From assembly GCA_951406725.2 (NCBI GenBank), contig OX597817.1, forward strand, positions 142,228,001 through 142,292,000: 64,000 nt of DNA. The letters run 5' to 3'. The translations under genes and the position numbers were made by a program. Origin of the DNA: Octopus vulgaris (taxonomy: Eukaryota). Every line of letters begins with the position of its first letter. Position 1 is the first letter of the stretch. Below, one piece after another: positions 36,833-50,619 of this stretch. Under the pieces are notes generated by a model. It did no database searches. It was not told where the DNA came from and was given only the letters and a program-made list of their open reading frames with translations.

Positions 36833-37406
36833 CCGAACATAGTTTTCTTTTGTGGTGTTTTTAAACTTATGAATGGTTCACTATGTCTGTGTTAGTTCGA
36901 AAAATGAAAATAAAATTTTTAAGATGGCAAAAAGTTTTGATTTTGCTTTTGCTTCGTTTGTTATACATGCTTTCATATGCGTGAGTGTGTGTCCTGTAAA
37001 TTTTACGTAGTTGTGTAAACATTGGGATGTATGTCTAGTCCTATGGGTATCAAGATGTATATATGATTTTGTAGACGTTCAAGCGTATGTGTAATTACTC
37101 AATTTATGTACTTACTCTTTTGTTCCATTTCTATTTCATAATTTGCAAATTTCCGGTGTTGATATCGCGTCTGTGTTTCGCATATGTTTCATTGAGACAC
37201 CGTGCAAAGGAGAAATTGTGCTTTGTATGGCAGTAGAATATCGTTTCTTTTGTAGTTTTTTTGTTAAAAGGCCGCTTCCTTCAAGTCTTCCACAGGTTCC
37301 TTTATCTACGTCTATCGATGTTATTGGATTAGATTTGTTTTCAAATGGGGAGCCTGGTTTAGTACATCCATGTTGTTATTCAGCGCGGGCCTTTCTTCTT
37401 CTTCTT

Positions 37407-37487
<81 letters not shown>

Positions 37488-38113
37488 TAAATCTAGTTGA
37501 GCCCTGGTCGAGCACATCTATGTGAAAAGGGCGTCTATCGACTTCAATATTTCGATCATATCAAGTTATGAAACGTGTCCATCTTTTAAGTTAGCATTTG
37601 TCCGCTATTGTAAATTGTCGAGTGGCCTGCTTGAAGGATATTCTTTCGTATCAACAAGATAAAATAAACACAAAGGTTGATTCACATTATATGCTATTTG
37701 AAATGTTGGAGGTTATTGGATTTTCGGAACACATAAAAGGAAACCAATTTCCTCACATTAACACACTGCTTGTAATATTTGGTGCATCTCCTAGGAAACG
37801 AAAAGGAATATAGCATGGATGATGCTTCTGAAAACGATTTTATTCCGAACGCGGTGAGGAATGAGTATGACTGTTTGTTTGTGTCAAAACTAGAAACATC
37901 AGTGGGAATTTCCAGTTAAAAAGGGATCCTCACCTCTCATGTACACTATCGCTGTGTGACATCATTTTTTCTGACGTTACTGAAATTTTCGCACGCTCAA
38001 AGAGAAATCAATTTAAGCCCATTGAAATTAACAGCCACAAACTCACACACTCACATACGCACACACATATGTATATATGCACATACACACACATATATAT
38101 ATATGCATATATG

Positions 38114-38150
<37 letters not shown>

Positions 38151-38332
38151 GAACATACATCATACATACATATGTTACTACCAAGGAGTCGAAGCCGTAA
38201 TGATATCCACGGTGCAGCAGATGATGGAGGTATGTTGAATACTTGGTATAGCTGTTTTTGTATATGAGGTATAGTATTATAACACATCCTTTTGAGATAT
38301 ATATATGTGCGTATATATATATATATATATAT

Positions 38333-38525
38333 TGGTAAAACGGTAAGATAACAAAAGAAAGAAAGAGACCTCAATATTATGTAAATAGAGGAAATTTATC
38401 TATACAATAATATGTTACAGATAACCAGATACAAATAGCCAGATAACCGAAGAGATGTCGTGGATTCCCACTTCGGCATCTGAAACTCAGAGTTTTATCT
38501 TGACTATCGAGTAATGTAACATATT

Positions 38526-38533
<8 letters not shown>
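38333..38533 (+). mobile_element. (TA)n-embedded element: hairpin tipped by an HHR (38441-38500, core CCGAAGA)
   Basis: agataa-CCGAAGA-gatgtcg...cggcatc-t-GAAA-ctc(a)gag-TT-ttatct; outer perfect 19-bp IR 38401-38419 / 38515-38533. Confidence 0.75.
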
Positions 38534-38573
<40 letters not shown>

Positions 38574-38574
<1 letters not shown>

Positions 38575-38771
38575 GAGGGGGTGCTGAAAAGTTCCTGGCT
38601 TTAAGGGTATCGAGAAAGGCCTCGCTGGAGTTCTTTTGCAGGGTTCAGAAAAACTAAAGCACAGCTGCAATAAGTGTGTGAATCTGAAAGGAGAATATGT
38701 TAAATAAAATCCTAACTGATCCTCCTATATTTTCTTTTGCTCACAGCCAGAAACTTCTCAGCAGACCCGCG
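38574..38771 (+). mobile_element. Mariner-derived MITE
   Basis: TIRs cgagggggtgctgaaaagttcctggct / agccagaaacttctcagcagacccgcg; internal NKCVNLKGEYVK* mariner C-terminus. Confidence 0.75.
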
Positions 38772-38818
38772 TGTGTGTGTGTGTGATAGAGAGTGTGTAT
38801 TTATATATGTACGTAGAT

Positions 38819-38873
<55 letters not shown>

Positions 38874-38874
38874 T

Positions 38875-39183
38875 AAAATAAGATGCAAAATGGGACAAGA
38901 ACGCAAGCATCCGGACAACTAGGTGATACAAAGGTGTATAAAAAAAAACATCCAGATAGACGATACAAAAAACAACACGGACGGATCATTCGAAGCCTTT
39001 TTACTTCAGTCAAGAACCGGATCATCCTCGCAATTTCAGCTGATTAATCTTGAGATTGCTCCAATCTGGCCAGCCCCAAGGAAAAACTAAGCTACGAGCA
39101 TTAGATTCCTTGGAAAAAAGCAACGAATGTATACGAAACAAGGACGGAGAAACAGACGATGTGAATTTCGGCTGATTAATCTT
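38875..39183. mobile_element. (TA)n-adjacent structured element with partial terminal duplication
   Basis: aatttc(a/g)gctgattaatctt at ~39032 and ~39164; hairpins ccaaggaa/ttccttgg and agattg/caatct. Confidence 0.4.
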
Positions 39184-39184
39184 T

Positions 39185-39430
39185 ATTGTATTTTGTATTT
39201 ATATTCGAGTAACATCGCCACGCAGGGCCGAAAACAGAGGCGACAAAATACAATGTAGAGCTTTTCTTTTTGAAAACAGAAAAAAAAGTAGAAAAATAAA
39301 ATTCCAATCAAAAGGGATTCGTGAGAAAAGAAAAAAATAACGATCAAAATGTTATCGTGTATCAGAAAAATTTTAAGTGTAAAAAGCAAGATTCGGTTTA
39401 TCCGTGGAAGGAAAAGACAAGCAGAAAGAT
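39185..39430 (-). mobile_element. Older, diverged 3' UTR copy of the Tx1-type LINE
   Basis: gccacgcagggc...tacaatgtagagcttttct...atcaaaagggat...ttatccgtggaa shared with younger copies. Confidence 0.6.
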
Positions 39431-39458
39431 AGCTAGACAGATAGATAGATAGATAGAC

Positions 39459-39532
<74 letters not shown>

Positions 39533-39549
39533 GTACGTAGGTAGGTAGG

Positions 39550-40205
<656 letters not shown>

Positions 40206-40224
40206 AAGACTGATAGTTAGATAG

Positions 40225-40278
<54 letters not shown>

Positions 40279-40700
40279 GCAAAAGAAATAGATTGTAACA
40301 GAGAGAAATATTAAAGCTGCATTACCGTTTTGGAAGCATTTCAGAACTGTGTTTACTATTTGACACCAGTTCAGTACCCTAATTACAGGTATATGAATGA
40401 GTATACACACACTCACTCCTACTCACAGACACACGCATGTGTGTGCGTATATATATTATATATATGGTGGTTGTTATCGATGGTAGACAGTACCAACATC
40501 AATCAGGCATACATTAAGCTACAGAGGTACAAATTATGAATTCTTCGGAATTTAGTCAGGTCAAATGACAGAACGATTTGAGGTAGGAATAAAACGTAAG
40601 AGCAATGCAAAGTTGATTAGTGAAGTATCTACCTATATGTGTATATGTATATGTATGTAGGTATATTTATGTCTGCGTGTGTGTATTGATATATATATAT

Positions 40701-40736
<36 letters not shown>

Positions 40737-40771
40737 GCATATATATATACACATATACATATATATCATAC

Positions 40772-40812
<41 letters not shown>

Positions 40813-40918
40813 ATAGATATAGATATATATAAATGTGTATGTATGCATATATTCAATATAATCGCATGCATATATACATTTATATGCATATCTGTTGGTA
40901 TTTATGTAGAGATACATA

Positions 40919-40971
<53 letters not shown>

Positions 40972-41655
40972 GGATGGATGGATGGATGGATGGATGGATG
41001 GATGTAATATATAAATGCGTGTTTACACATATATGCAGATGTACCGTATTTGAGCGTGCCTCTGAATACGGGCGTTTGTGTGTTGTCACTGTGTGCGTGC
41101 ATGCGAACATGTGCCTATGTGTGTGTGTGTCTGTGTATGTATCTGTGTGCGTGTGTGCGCGTTCTTGCGCGCATGTGCATATATAACAATTGCACTATAG
41201 AATTTGGAAGAAATTATTGATTGGATGAGATCAAAGGCAAAACTGGACGCAGAGTTAAGAAGAATAAAAATTCTGCCAATATTTTTGCAGGAAAAAATAT
41301 ACGAAAATCAAGAAGACTCGTTAAATAAGATATAATACAGTATAAGAGATTGCCTCAAACGAAGATGCGCGATATTGGAGTGGAAATTAAAAAAAAACAT
41401 ACTCAAATGTAAGTTTTTTAACGTAAAATTTAGAAAGAAAATTTCTAATCGTACATAACTAAACGTATGCACAAGTGAATGTATGTGTGTGTTTGTATTA
41501 ACTTGTGTTAAAGGTGTCGAATGGAAATACATACGATCACGCATATGCATACAAACTAGCATGGACACACACGAATCTATGCAGGTACACAACTAATCAT
41601 GTATTCATACTAAATACAGATTCATTGATAGATAGATAGATAGATAGATAGATAT

Positions 41656-41754
<99 letters not shown>

Positions 41755-41755
41755 T

Positions 41756-43538
41756 GTTTCTTTATTAGCCACACCGGGCTGCACACAGATAGAACAAATT
41801 ACAAGGTAGAGCTTTTCTTTTGAAGGGTTAGAAAAAAAAAAAAAAAAAGGAAGGGGGGAGTTTCGATCAAAAGGGATCGTAAAAGGAGAGAAAGAGGACA
41901 AAAAAGGGGGGTTAAATAAAAGGGGGGGAGGAAAAAAAATTGATCAATAGGGATCGTTATCACAGAAATGTCAATATGAAGTGTAAAGGGGAGGACAGGT
42001 GAGGTTTACCCGTGGAAAGAAAAGCCTACGGAAAAGACCACGGTAACCTCGGTCAATGAAGTCACATTTTATATTTCTTTTTTTTTTTTTTTTTTTGCAA
42101 ATAAGCAACTCTCTGTTTTCGATTTCTGGGTTCATAGGACTATGCTCAAGGTGGCTTCGTCATTCATACGTGCCATTCTTGCTACATTCACCCATCTTTT
42201 TTCAAAACATTCGCTAGACAAAACTTGCCTCTCTACTCTCACTTTCCTTTTCAAGTGGTACTTGAAGAAGTTGATGAGAGATTGACCAGAGAGGAAAGTG
42301 TTTGTCTCCAATTCTTTCAGACGCGTCCACCAGATACATTCTTTCGCCATAGCCACAAGGATGATGAAAATAGCTCTTCCTTCCCGTTTGAAGGAAGGAG
42401 GCGTGACAATATTGACGATAGACTCAGCTGATAAACCGACTCGTCCCACACGTGACAGCAGTTGTTCGACACAAGCCCACAGGTCGGAAATTGTTGGACA
42501 CTGAAGGAGTGCGTGCAGAACGGTTTCGTCGCTCTGACCGCATCTCGGGCAGGTCGGCCCCGTTTTTCTCGAGCCGTGTCTGTAGAGCTTATCCCGAACG
42601 GGTAGCGCTTCTCGGTAGCACTGCCAGGCCAGGGATCTCTGGAAGTTGTCCATGGGCCCTGGCCCGAAAGTCGTCCTGAACAGGCGGGTCAGGTACTCCT
42701 CGTCGACGTCCAGGTTCGCCCCGAGCTCGTCGTCGTACCTCCCCTCCACTAAACCCCTATAGAATGCTTTGGTTGTGTTGAAGTCACTTAAGGTCGACCC
42801 AGGACGGCAGAGTTGCTTGAGAGCAACGCGACACTCGCGGTGCCATTCGCCCTTCCTCGGCCTCTTTTTGATCCACGACTGCAGTTCGGTCATGGAGACG
42901 AGCTGCGGGAAAGCGTGCCTCACAAACGGCGACCACACCTGTTCACCGTCGTCTACATAGAGCCAGAGATGTCGCAGTCTCAGCGCGTGTCTGCGCATCA
43001 TCAACCACGGCATGCCCAGCCCTCCTTTTAACGGGTGTTGACAGCAAATGGATCGCCTGACCATCGGGACGCATCCTTTCCACAAAAAGCGAAAGAGGAT
43101 GCGTTGTAGTTTGGTGATGGTAGGGTCGGGACAAGGTACGACGGTCAGGCGGTAGTAGATGACGGACGCGATGTACGTGTTCGCCACCTCCGCTCGACCT
43201 TTTAGGGACAGTTTCCTCTCGGCCCATTGCCGGGCGAGAGTGACCACCCTACTCGTTATCTCGTTCCAGTTCTTCTCCACTTGGAGGTCCGGACCAAACC
43301 AGACCCCGAGCAACTCAACCGGGCCGTCGGTCCAGCGTCCCACAACGGAGGCGCTAGTGGACGGCATGGGCTTGCTTCTCCAGGTGCCTAGTCGCAAGCC
43401 CACTGACTTTTCCCGGTTGATTTTCGCTCCTGTCACCGCTTCGTAGTTTTTCAGTGTCTCGCCGACCAGCTCGATGTGCTCGTGGCTAGACACTATGACG
43501 GTGACGTCGTCCGCGTATGCAGACACGCTCGTCCCGCA
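41756..43538 (-). mobile_element. 5'-truncated Tx1/L1-clade non-LTR retrotransposon in (GATA)n
   Basis: Uninterrupted ORF2 3' part, pyrimidine-rich 3' UTR, AATAAA then directly (TATC)n; GC-rich relative to surroundings. Confidence 0.93.
42132..43538 (-). CDS. LINE ORF2 C-terminal part (RT from YADD, thumb, CCHC finger); 5'-truncated, no start
   Basis: AYADDVTV, GAKINREKS, LLGVWF, LSLKGRAEVAN, GGLGMP, CPRCGQSDETVLHALLQC. Confidence 0.9.
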   Translation of the reverse strand, partial: CGTSVSAYADDVTVIVSSHEHIELVGETLKNYEAVTGAKINREKSVGLRLGTWRSKPMPSTSASVVGRWTDGPVELLGVWFGPDLQVEKNWNEITSRVVTLARQWAERKLSLKGRAEVANTYIASVIYYRLTVVPCPDPTITKLQRILFRFLWKGCVPMVRRSICCQHPLKGGLGMPWLMMRRHALRLRHLWLYVDDGEQVWSPFVRHAFPQLVSMTELQSWIKKRPRKGEWHRECRVALKQLCRPGSTLSDFNTTKAFYRGLVEGRYDDELGANLDVDEEYLTRLFRTTFGPGPMDNFQRSLAWQCYREALPVRDKLYRHGSRKTGPTCPRCGQSDETVLHALLQCPTISDLWACVEQLLSRVGRVGLSAESIVNIVTPPSFKREGRAIFIILVAMAKECIWWTRLKELETNTFLSGQSLINFFKYHLKRKVRVERQVLSSECFEKRWVNVARMARMNDEATLSIVL

Positions 43539-43556
43539 TAGATAGATAGATAGATA

Positions 43557-43724
43557 TGTTTCTTTATTAGCCACACAGGGCTGCACACAGATAGAACAAA
43601 TTACAAGGTAGAGCTTTTCTTTTGAAGGTTTAAAAAAAAAAATAAAAAATAAAAAATAAATAAAAATAAAATAAAAAAAGGGGGGGTCGATCAAAAGGGA
43701 TCGTAAAAGGAGAGAAAGAGGACA
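43557..43724 (-). mobile_element. Short 3'-end copy of the same Tx1-type LINE
   Basis: Near-identical to 41756-41900; separated from the long copy by ~4 GATA units. Confidence 0.9.
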
Positions 43725-43780
43725 GATAGATAGATAGGTAGGTATGTAGGTAGGTAGATAGATAGAGATAGATAGATAGG

Positions 43781-43856
<76 letters not shown>

Positions 43857-44384
43857 TATACAGATAGAAGTGCGTACAAAGATTGGTATAGATGGAGGGA
43901 CGGGTAAGGAGAGAGAGAGAGAGAGAGAGAGTTAGATGGATAGACATAACACATAATCCATAACCATTGGTCCGACAAAATATACGTTGTTTGGCCTATG
44001 ACAGGGACTGAAGAACAATGTTAAAGAAGAGCTAGTTTATATGATATAGAAAGAAGGAAAAAACATGAAATGTTATATTCTATCATTGAGGACTTTATTC
44101 ACTCTAACCGGACACAACAGTGTTTGTGTGTGTGAGAGAGAGAGCGAGAGAGAGAGAGAGAGTGTGTGTGTGTGTGTGTGTGTGGGTGAGTGAGAGAGAG
44201 AGTGTGTGTTTGTGTATGTGTGTGTGTGCGTGTGTGTATTTGCGTGTGTGACAGACAGAGAGAGGAAGACAGCATGTGTGTGCGTGTGTGTGCGTGTGTG
44301 TGTATGTGCGTGCGTGTGTGCGTTCGTGAGTGAGTCCGAATGTGTGTGTGTGTACATACATATGTACGTATGTTGCTTTTACGT

Positions 44385-44421
44385 CACCTGAAGTTCGCAG
44401 TGGCGTGAAACATGAGTCGTA
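44385..44421 (+). ncRNA. Degenerate minimal HHR-like motif
   Basis: cac-CTGAAGT-t-cgc(agtg)gcg-t-GAAA-catgag-TC-gta; A9 and stem I mismatched. Confidence 0.4.
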
Positions 44422-44605
44422 TAACAAACTCTTACCTGTAGTTCCAATATTATAAAAATTATGCATGCTTGTGTGTATGCGTGAATGTGTGCGTACATAT
44501 GTTAATACATGTACGCTTGTATATAAATGTATGTCTATCTATCTATGTATCTATCTCTCTGTCTCCCTCTCTCTGAATATATATATATATAAATTTACTC
44601 ATCTT

Positions 44606-44715
<110 letters not shown>

Positions 44716-45405
44716 ATATATATATATATATATAAAGATGAGTAAATATATATATATATAGTTACTCATCTTTATATATATATATACATATATACATATA
44801 TATGTATATGTAACCAAATTCATTCCTTTTATTCTTTCGTAACGCAATATATTGCCAATTCCAATACGAAGACGTTTTGATTGTAATAGCCAATAAAACT
44901 AGACAAACAAAATAAAGAACTAAACGCCCTTGAGTAGAAGGATTGGGAAGAATTGATGCTAAAAAGAAAATATTGCATTTCTAATGAAAAGCAGGCCTAA
45001 TCTAAGACTCTATTTCTGGGAATTAGTTGCGGGTAAAGCCATGCGGTAGGGTGGAACTTTCTTTATTTAGACTTCTTCTGTTTGTGATTTTTTTGTCTGT
45101 ATGGGTGTATTTTTGTATTTCTTTCTCTCAGCTTTGCTATGATTCAAAATGCTTTGCCTCTTTTATTATATTGCTCAAGAATATATCACAGAAATTTTCC
45201 CAGGAAAACAATGGAATCAAATAGGAAAGAGACTGAACTGACAATAGTTTAAATTCGAATTTTGTTACAGCAGCAATTTTTTCCTCAGAAAGTTTTAGAT
45301 GATAAGAAGGAAATATAACGAAAAATGAAACAAAAACCATAAAAATAACTACTGGAAATCTCTAATGTAAGGAGATAAAAATGAAAAGTAAAGAATGAAG
45401 TGATT

Positions 45406-45440
<35 letters not shown>

Positions 45441-45814
45441 CTTGAATTAACCAAATGCTAAGTGTCTTATATTGTACCAATTTTCCAAAATATTTGATGA
45501 TTATATCTGGTATTGGCAGCGCAATCAATAGCTTTATGGTTATAGAGGGATATATATATTAAGTCGCTGAAAAGATGTTGATATATAGGCCTAAAGAAAA
45601 TCGCTCATTTCTAAAAAGTTATCTCTCTCTCACTCTCTCTCACTCTCTCTACCACTCTGTCTGTTTATCTATCTATCTTTCTATCTCTTACTCTCTCTCT
45701 CTCTATATATATATATCTACGTATTTCCATTTCTTTATCTCTCTTTCTCTCTCTCTATCTCTCTCCCTCTGTCTATGTATTTCCCTTTCTTTCTTTCTCT
45801 CTCTCTCTCTCTCC

Positions 45815-45852
<38 letters not shown>

Positions 45853-46188
45853 GTATGTATATATGTGTACAAACTTTCTTATCTATGCGCATAGCTATAT
45901 ATACACACATTTATATACATAATATATGCATATATACACAAATATATACATACTCACACACACACATGTATATATATATATATATATATGCACACGTGTA
46001 TGTATGCTTATATATTACATATAAGCTGTAAGCAAAATTTGGTTATACCCAAAGATACATACAATTCTTCCATTTCGCTCCCAGATAGGTAGACAACTCG
46101 CTATATATATATATATATAATATATTCTCTTTTACTCTTTTATTTATTTCAATCATTTGACGGTGGCCATGTTGGAGCACCTCCTTTA

Positions 46189-46298
<110 letters not shown>

Positions 46299-46843
46299 TA
46301 TATGCATATATATTTGCGTGTATGTGTTAATGTTTTGCTGTATATGTATGTATACATGTTTTTATCTGTGTATAATCATGATTTTTTTATAGTTTGCTTA
46401 TAAAAGAGAAACCACTCTCAACCTTCTAATCTAACACAATCTCATCTTCAGTTTTAAGTGAAATTGGTATATTATATCATTTTATATGTCTAAGTTCAAT
46501 ATCATACTTATCTCCTAGAATTTCTATTTTTGGTTGTTAAAGTCAACGTCAGCAAGTAGTTGGTTGTGGTTATTTTTCTATTTTAACCTATGCGTATTAT
46601 CTCTGAAATTATTATAATATATAATGGTGTTATGCTATGTAAGTATTACATCCATTATTAGATGCTATTGTTGGATATTTTTCAGGCTATGCATGCATTG
46701 TCGACTAATGTTTTCTTAGTTTTGTTTTCCGTTTTAGTACACTATTTGCTTTCCATGATGTTAGTGTATGATCCGATTGAAGATTGTGTTATATTCGTAC
46801 GGCCAACGTTGAAGTGACGCAGATTTTTAGAAATATCACATAA

Positions 46844-47237
46844 CTAGCAGTATCGCCCGGCGTTGCTCGGGTTTGTTTCGACTCTTTAGAACTGGAATTT
46901 TTGAAAAGTGAAAACTTTGCATTATGTAGCTTGTTATTCTCTTTAAGTGAACATTTTTCTGGTTGAAACACACCGAAAAATGGCGACACAACAGTAAAAA
47001 AAATCGTAAAATATAGGGCTTTTCATAGAAAAAAAAGCACCTTTTTGATGTAAATAATTTTTGGTGTTATCATGGTCCGATTTGAATTTTTTCTTCTACG
47101 AAAGAAAGCGCAAGCCTTCTTCTATCATACTCTCAATTTTGGCCAACTTGCGCCGCAGCGCCTCGGAGGAGATTGTGTTAGTTGAAGGCTACCAAACCTG
47201 CCATACACAGACAACTTCAGCTTTATATAGAGAGAGA
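46844..47237 (-). mobile_element. Non-autonomous Helitron
   Basis: Minus strand starts A|TCTCTC..TATATAAAG and ends with hairpin cccgagcaacgccggg + 8 nt + CTAG|T; no TSD. Confidence 0.85.
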
Positions 47238-47921
47238 TAAATCACAATGGTTTTTAACGTTCTTCAAACAATATAGCAACGTAACGTTAACATTAATTCA
47301 TTGCTTGGTCTAATTCACGTTGTTGTGTTCTCTTTCTGGTGTTACAATTAACTCCTCGTCTAGTTGCTACTTTTTTGTTATCTCACCACCATTGAATAAA
47401 TTGAGTTATCTCCCCCACCTCCACCGTTTTACGAGTAATATCGGTACTTTTGGTTATCTCTTTCGACTAAAGAAAATGTTTGAACCTCAATAAAACGTTA
47501 AACAAAAATGAAAAGAATTAATAAATATAAAAAGTGAAAAGACGAAACATCGTTTTGAATCCGATCATATTTTTATGACATATCATACAGAACTGAAAAA
47601 AATAATAAACATGAAAGCGGAAAAACTTAAACAGCTTACTGAATCTGATAATATATTTATAACAAATCGTACCATGCCTATTGAGGAGGAGAAACGTCAA
47701 AAATGTGGTATTTGAGTACTCTTTCTCCCACCTTGTTTCACATTTATGTGCTTACTCCGGTATGTATATATATATACCTTATAAATTAAAATTAATATTT
47801 AACATTATAGTCGATTTGGATATAATCATATTTGATAATAGAGTTTATTATACGTAAAATTATTATATTATATATATTATTTATATCTTAAAAATATTGA
47901 TTATATTTTAGATATGTAAAC

Positions 47922-47985
47922 CACCTGAAGAATGACTGTAACTCGAAAATTTTAAGAATTGAACAGCCATGAAACGATCGTAGTG
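47922..47985 (+). ncRNA. Type I hammerhead ribozyme in an AT-rich (TA)n-flanked element (~47775-48120); predicted cut after 47982
   Basis: cac-CTGAAGA-atgactgt...acagccat-GAAA-cgatcg-TA-gtg; canonical core, palindromic acgatcgt stem III. Confidence 0.8.
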
Positions 47986-48127
47986 TTATATTAATTATCT
48001 GTTTTAATAATTTTGATATATATTTAAATAATATAAATTAATTAATCTTATGTATTGGCTTAAGTTTTTCATTGTATGATTTGCCTAATAGTGGTTTTAT
48101 CTCTAATTTAATATAATATATATATGT

Positions 48128-48358
48128 AAGCGCAGGCTATGTGGTAAGAAGTTTGCTTCCCAACTATATGGTTCTGGGTTCAGCCCCACTGTGTGTAACC
48201 TTGGGCAAGAGTTTTCCATTATAGTCTTGAGTCGACCAAGCCCTTGTGAGTGGATTTGGTCGACGGAAACTGAAAGACGCTCGTCGCATATGTGTGTCCG
48301 CGTATGTATTTATGTGTTTGTGTGTCTGCATACGTGTTTGTGTGTGTGTGTACGTGTT

Positions 48359-48389
<31 letters not shown>

Positions 48390-48560
48390 ATGTATGTATG
48401 TACGTATGTATGTATGTATGTATGTATGTATGTGTTTTTGTGTCTCTGTTTAACTTCCACCACCGCTTTACAATAGCAGTTGGTGTGTTTACGTCCTCGT
48501 AAATTAGTTGTTCGGCAAAAGAGACTAGTAGAATAGGTGTAGCAGACCTAAAAATAAAAA
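48128..48560 (+). mobile_element. SINE family A
   Basis: Head ggctatgtggtaagaag...ggttcagccccactg; internal (TG)/(TATG)n; partial tail. Confidence 0.85.
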
Positions 48561-49147
48561 AATAAAAGAATGAAAAAGTCTAAATTTCGTAATGAAATGA
48601 ATATAACTGTTAACAGTAAACAAAGGATAATTCATTCATCCATTTACATATATAAATATTCTATGCCACTGTGGAACTGATACAATTTCTCTTATAAGAT
48701 ATTTGATGAAATGTGTTCCAAAGTTCTTCCAGAATTTATTTTGTAGGATCGATATGTATACATATAGATTCCCTATAAATTAGCTATTAATTGGTAAATC
48801 TCTGTTTTCATTTGGTCTTGAATCGACAGATGCTACAAGATGCCATAGCAGCAGAGGGACTTTAGATCTTGGTTTACGAAGAAAGTTTGTAATTCATCAT
48901 ATTGTGAGAGAGACATTTTCATACATATAATTTCTTTTGTTTTACTCTGAAGATACACTGGTTTTATAATGATATCCCGTTGTTAGTTTATAGATACTAT
49001 TTAGTTAAACCATTTTCAGTATCCATACATTCACAAACACACAATTTCTGCATGAACTTATCAACTACATAAAAAGGTATTCGAAAATCTTACAAATTCT
49101 GAGCCTCGCGAAACCCCAGATATTCCATTATCCCTGCACAGCTAGTG

Positions 49148-49366
49148 AAGGCACGCGGCTTCCTCTTTAGGGAATTCGGGTCACGATCGTAACGTTGTGG
49201 CTTCGATTCACTGCGGACGGTTGTGTCCTTGAGCACGACACTCATTTCACACTGCTCTGCTGCACTCAACTGGCAAAAATGAATTGTACCTGTAATTCAA
49301 AGGGGCCAACTTTTTCAAATTTTGAGTCACGCTGAATCTCGGTGAGACCTACGTTGACGACACACG
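49148..49366 (+). mobile_element. SINE with family B-like core and family C-like 3' part
   Basis: ttcgattc B box, gttgtgtccttgagcacgacact core, then ttgtacctgtaattcaaaggggcc...gtcacgctgaat as in 7825-7900. Confidence 0.65.
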
Positions 49367-49369
49367 TAT

Positions 49370-49552
49370 TCTTTCATTATTTTCTTTGTTTCAGTCATTT
49401 GACTGCGGCCATGCATGACTTATTCTTTGTAAGCCTAGTACATATTCTATTGGTTTCTTTTGCCGAAACTCTAGGTTGCGGATACGTAAACAGACCAACA
49501 TCGGTTGTCAAGCGATGCTGGCGTGACAAACACAGACACACAAACATATACA

Positions 49553-49612
<60 letters not shown>

Positions 49613-49741
49613 AACGACGGGCTTCTCTCCGTTTTCGTCTACCAAATCTACTCACAAGGCTTTGATCGGCCCGAAGTTATAGTAGAAGACACATGCCCAA
49701 GGTGCCACGGAGTGGGACTGAACCTTGAACCATGTGGTTGT
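49370..49741 (-). mobile_element. SINE family A
   Basis: Reverse tail, (TA)n, head truncated at ccatgtggtt. Confidence 0.85.
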
Positions 49742-49879
49742 TAAGTTCTTCGACGTTACCGACGAAGTGCCACTTTTACAGTTATAAAAATCATTGCCGT
49801 CACTCGCAGACGAGTATGGCTTATTGGCATGTACCATATTCTCACTAATTGCTTAAAGAGGTCAAGGATAGGACAAGAC

Positions 49880-50110
49880 TCCTTCCCGAGTCATAAAGAC
49901 TCGCGGGACCGCTTTCCCGATTTCCGTGGCGTATGTATTCCTCATCGGTCCGTTACAGGATAACTTATTTTAGCCAGCTGAGTAAAACATAAGAACGCAA
50001 AATGAAATGTCTTACTCAAGAACACAACGTGTTCACCGGTCCTAGAATCGAAACCGCAATTTTACAATCATGTTCCTAATACCCCTGACCACTGAGTAAC
50101 ACGCTCCCAC
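49880..50110 (-). mobile_element. tRNA-derived SINE with B-like core and different tail
   Basis: Minus strand: ctcagtggtcagggg...gtttcgattct...gttgtgttcttgagtaagacatt. Confidence 0.6.
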
Positions 50111-50619
50111 TAATTGTTTTAGGTGCCTGTTTAACCATGAGCAGGCATAAATGTACTCCCGAATTTCGCATTTTTGATCCAACGAAACATAGTGGATGGG
50201 ATAAACAAAGAAAGACGACCCCCGCCCCCAGTAGTCAGCTGGTATTCATTTTCGAATGGGCAGTCTAGATCTAAGTAGAAGACAACGTCTTGTTCTAGAA
50301 TATAACTTATTGGCTGTCTAGGAGTCAAACCTAAGAAGATATGATTTAGTGTACGCTTCAATCCGCCTTGCAAAAATGAAACACGTTTGACAGACATGGC
50401 TTAGATTACATGAAAAATCTACAACATAACCCTTGGGAAGCAGCAAGGTGGGGGTAGTGGTGGGGTAGAGTTCGGGAAGATTAATCAGTTATACAATGAT
50501 CAGTGATGAAACTCGCAAAATGCTGGAAGATCAAATCGCATCAATGTAGCCGGCAGGGTCACCTAGTACTGAAAAATCAAACAGGCCGATGGTGCTGGAT
50601 CTCGGTAGGGTCTCTATAA

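Noticed and set aside
43539-43694. N-terminal ~52 aa of the 520-aa ORF
   Set aside because: Comes from the neighbouring LINE 3' UTR copy and GATA repeats; chance in-frame fusion
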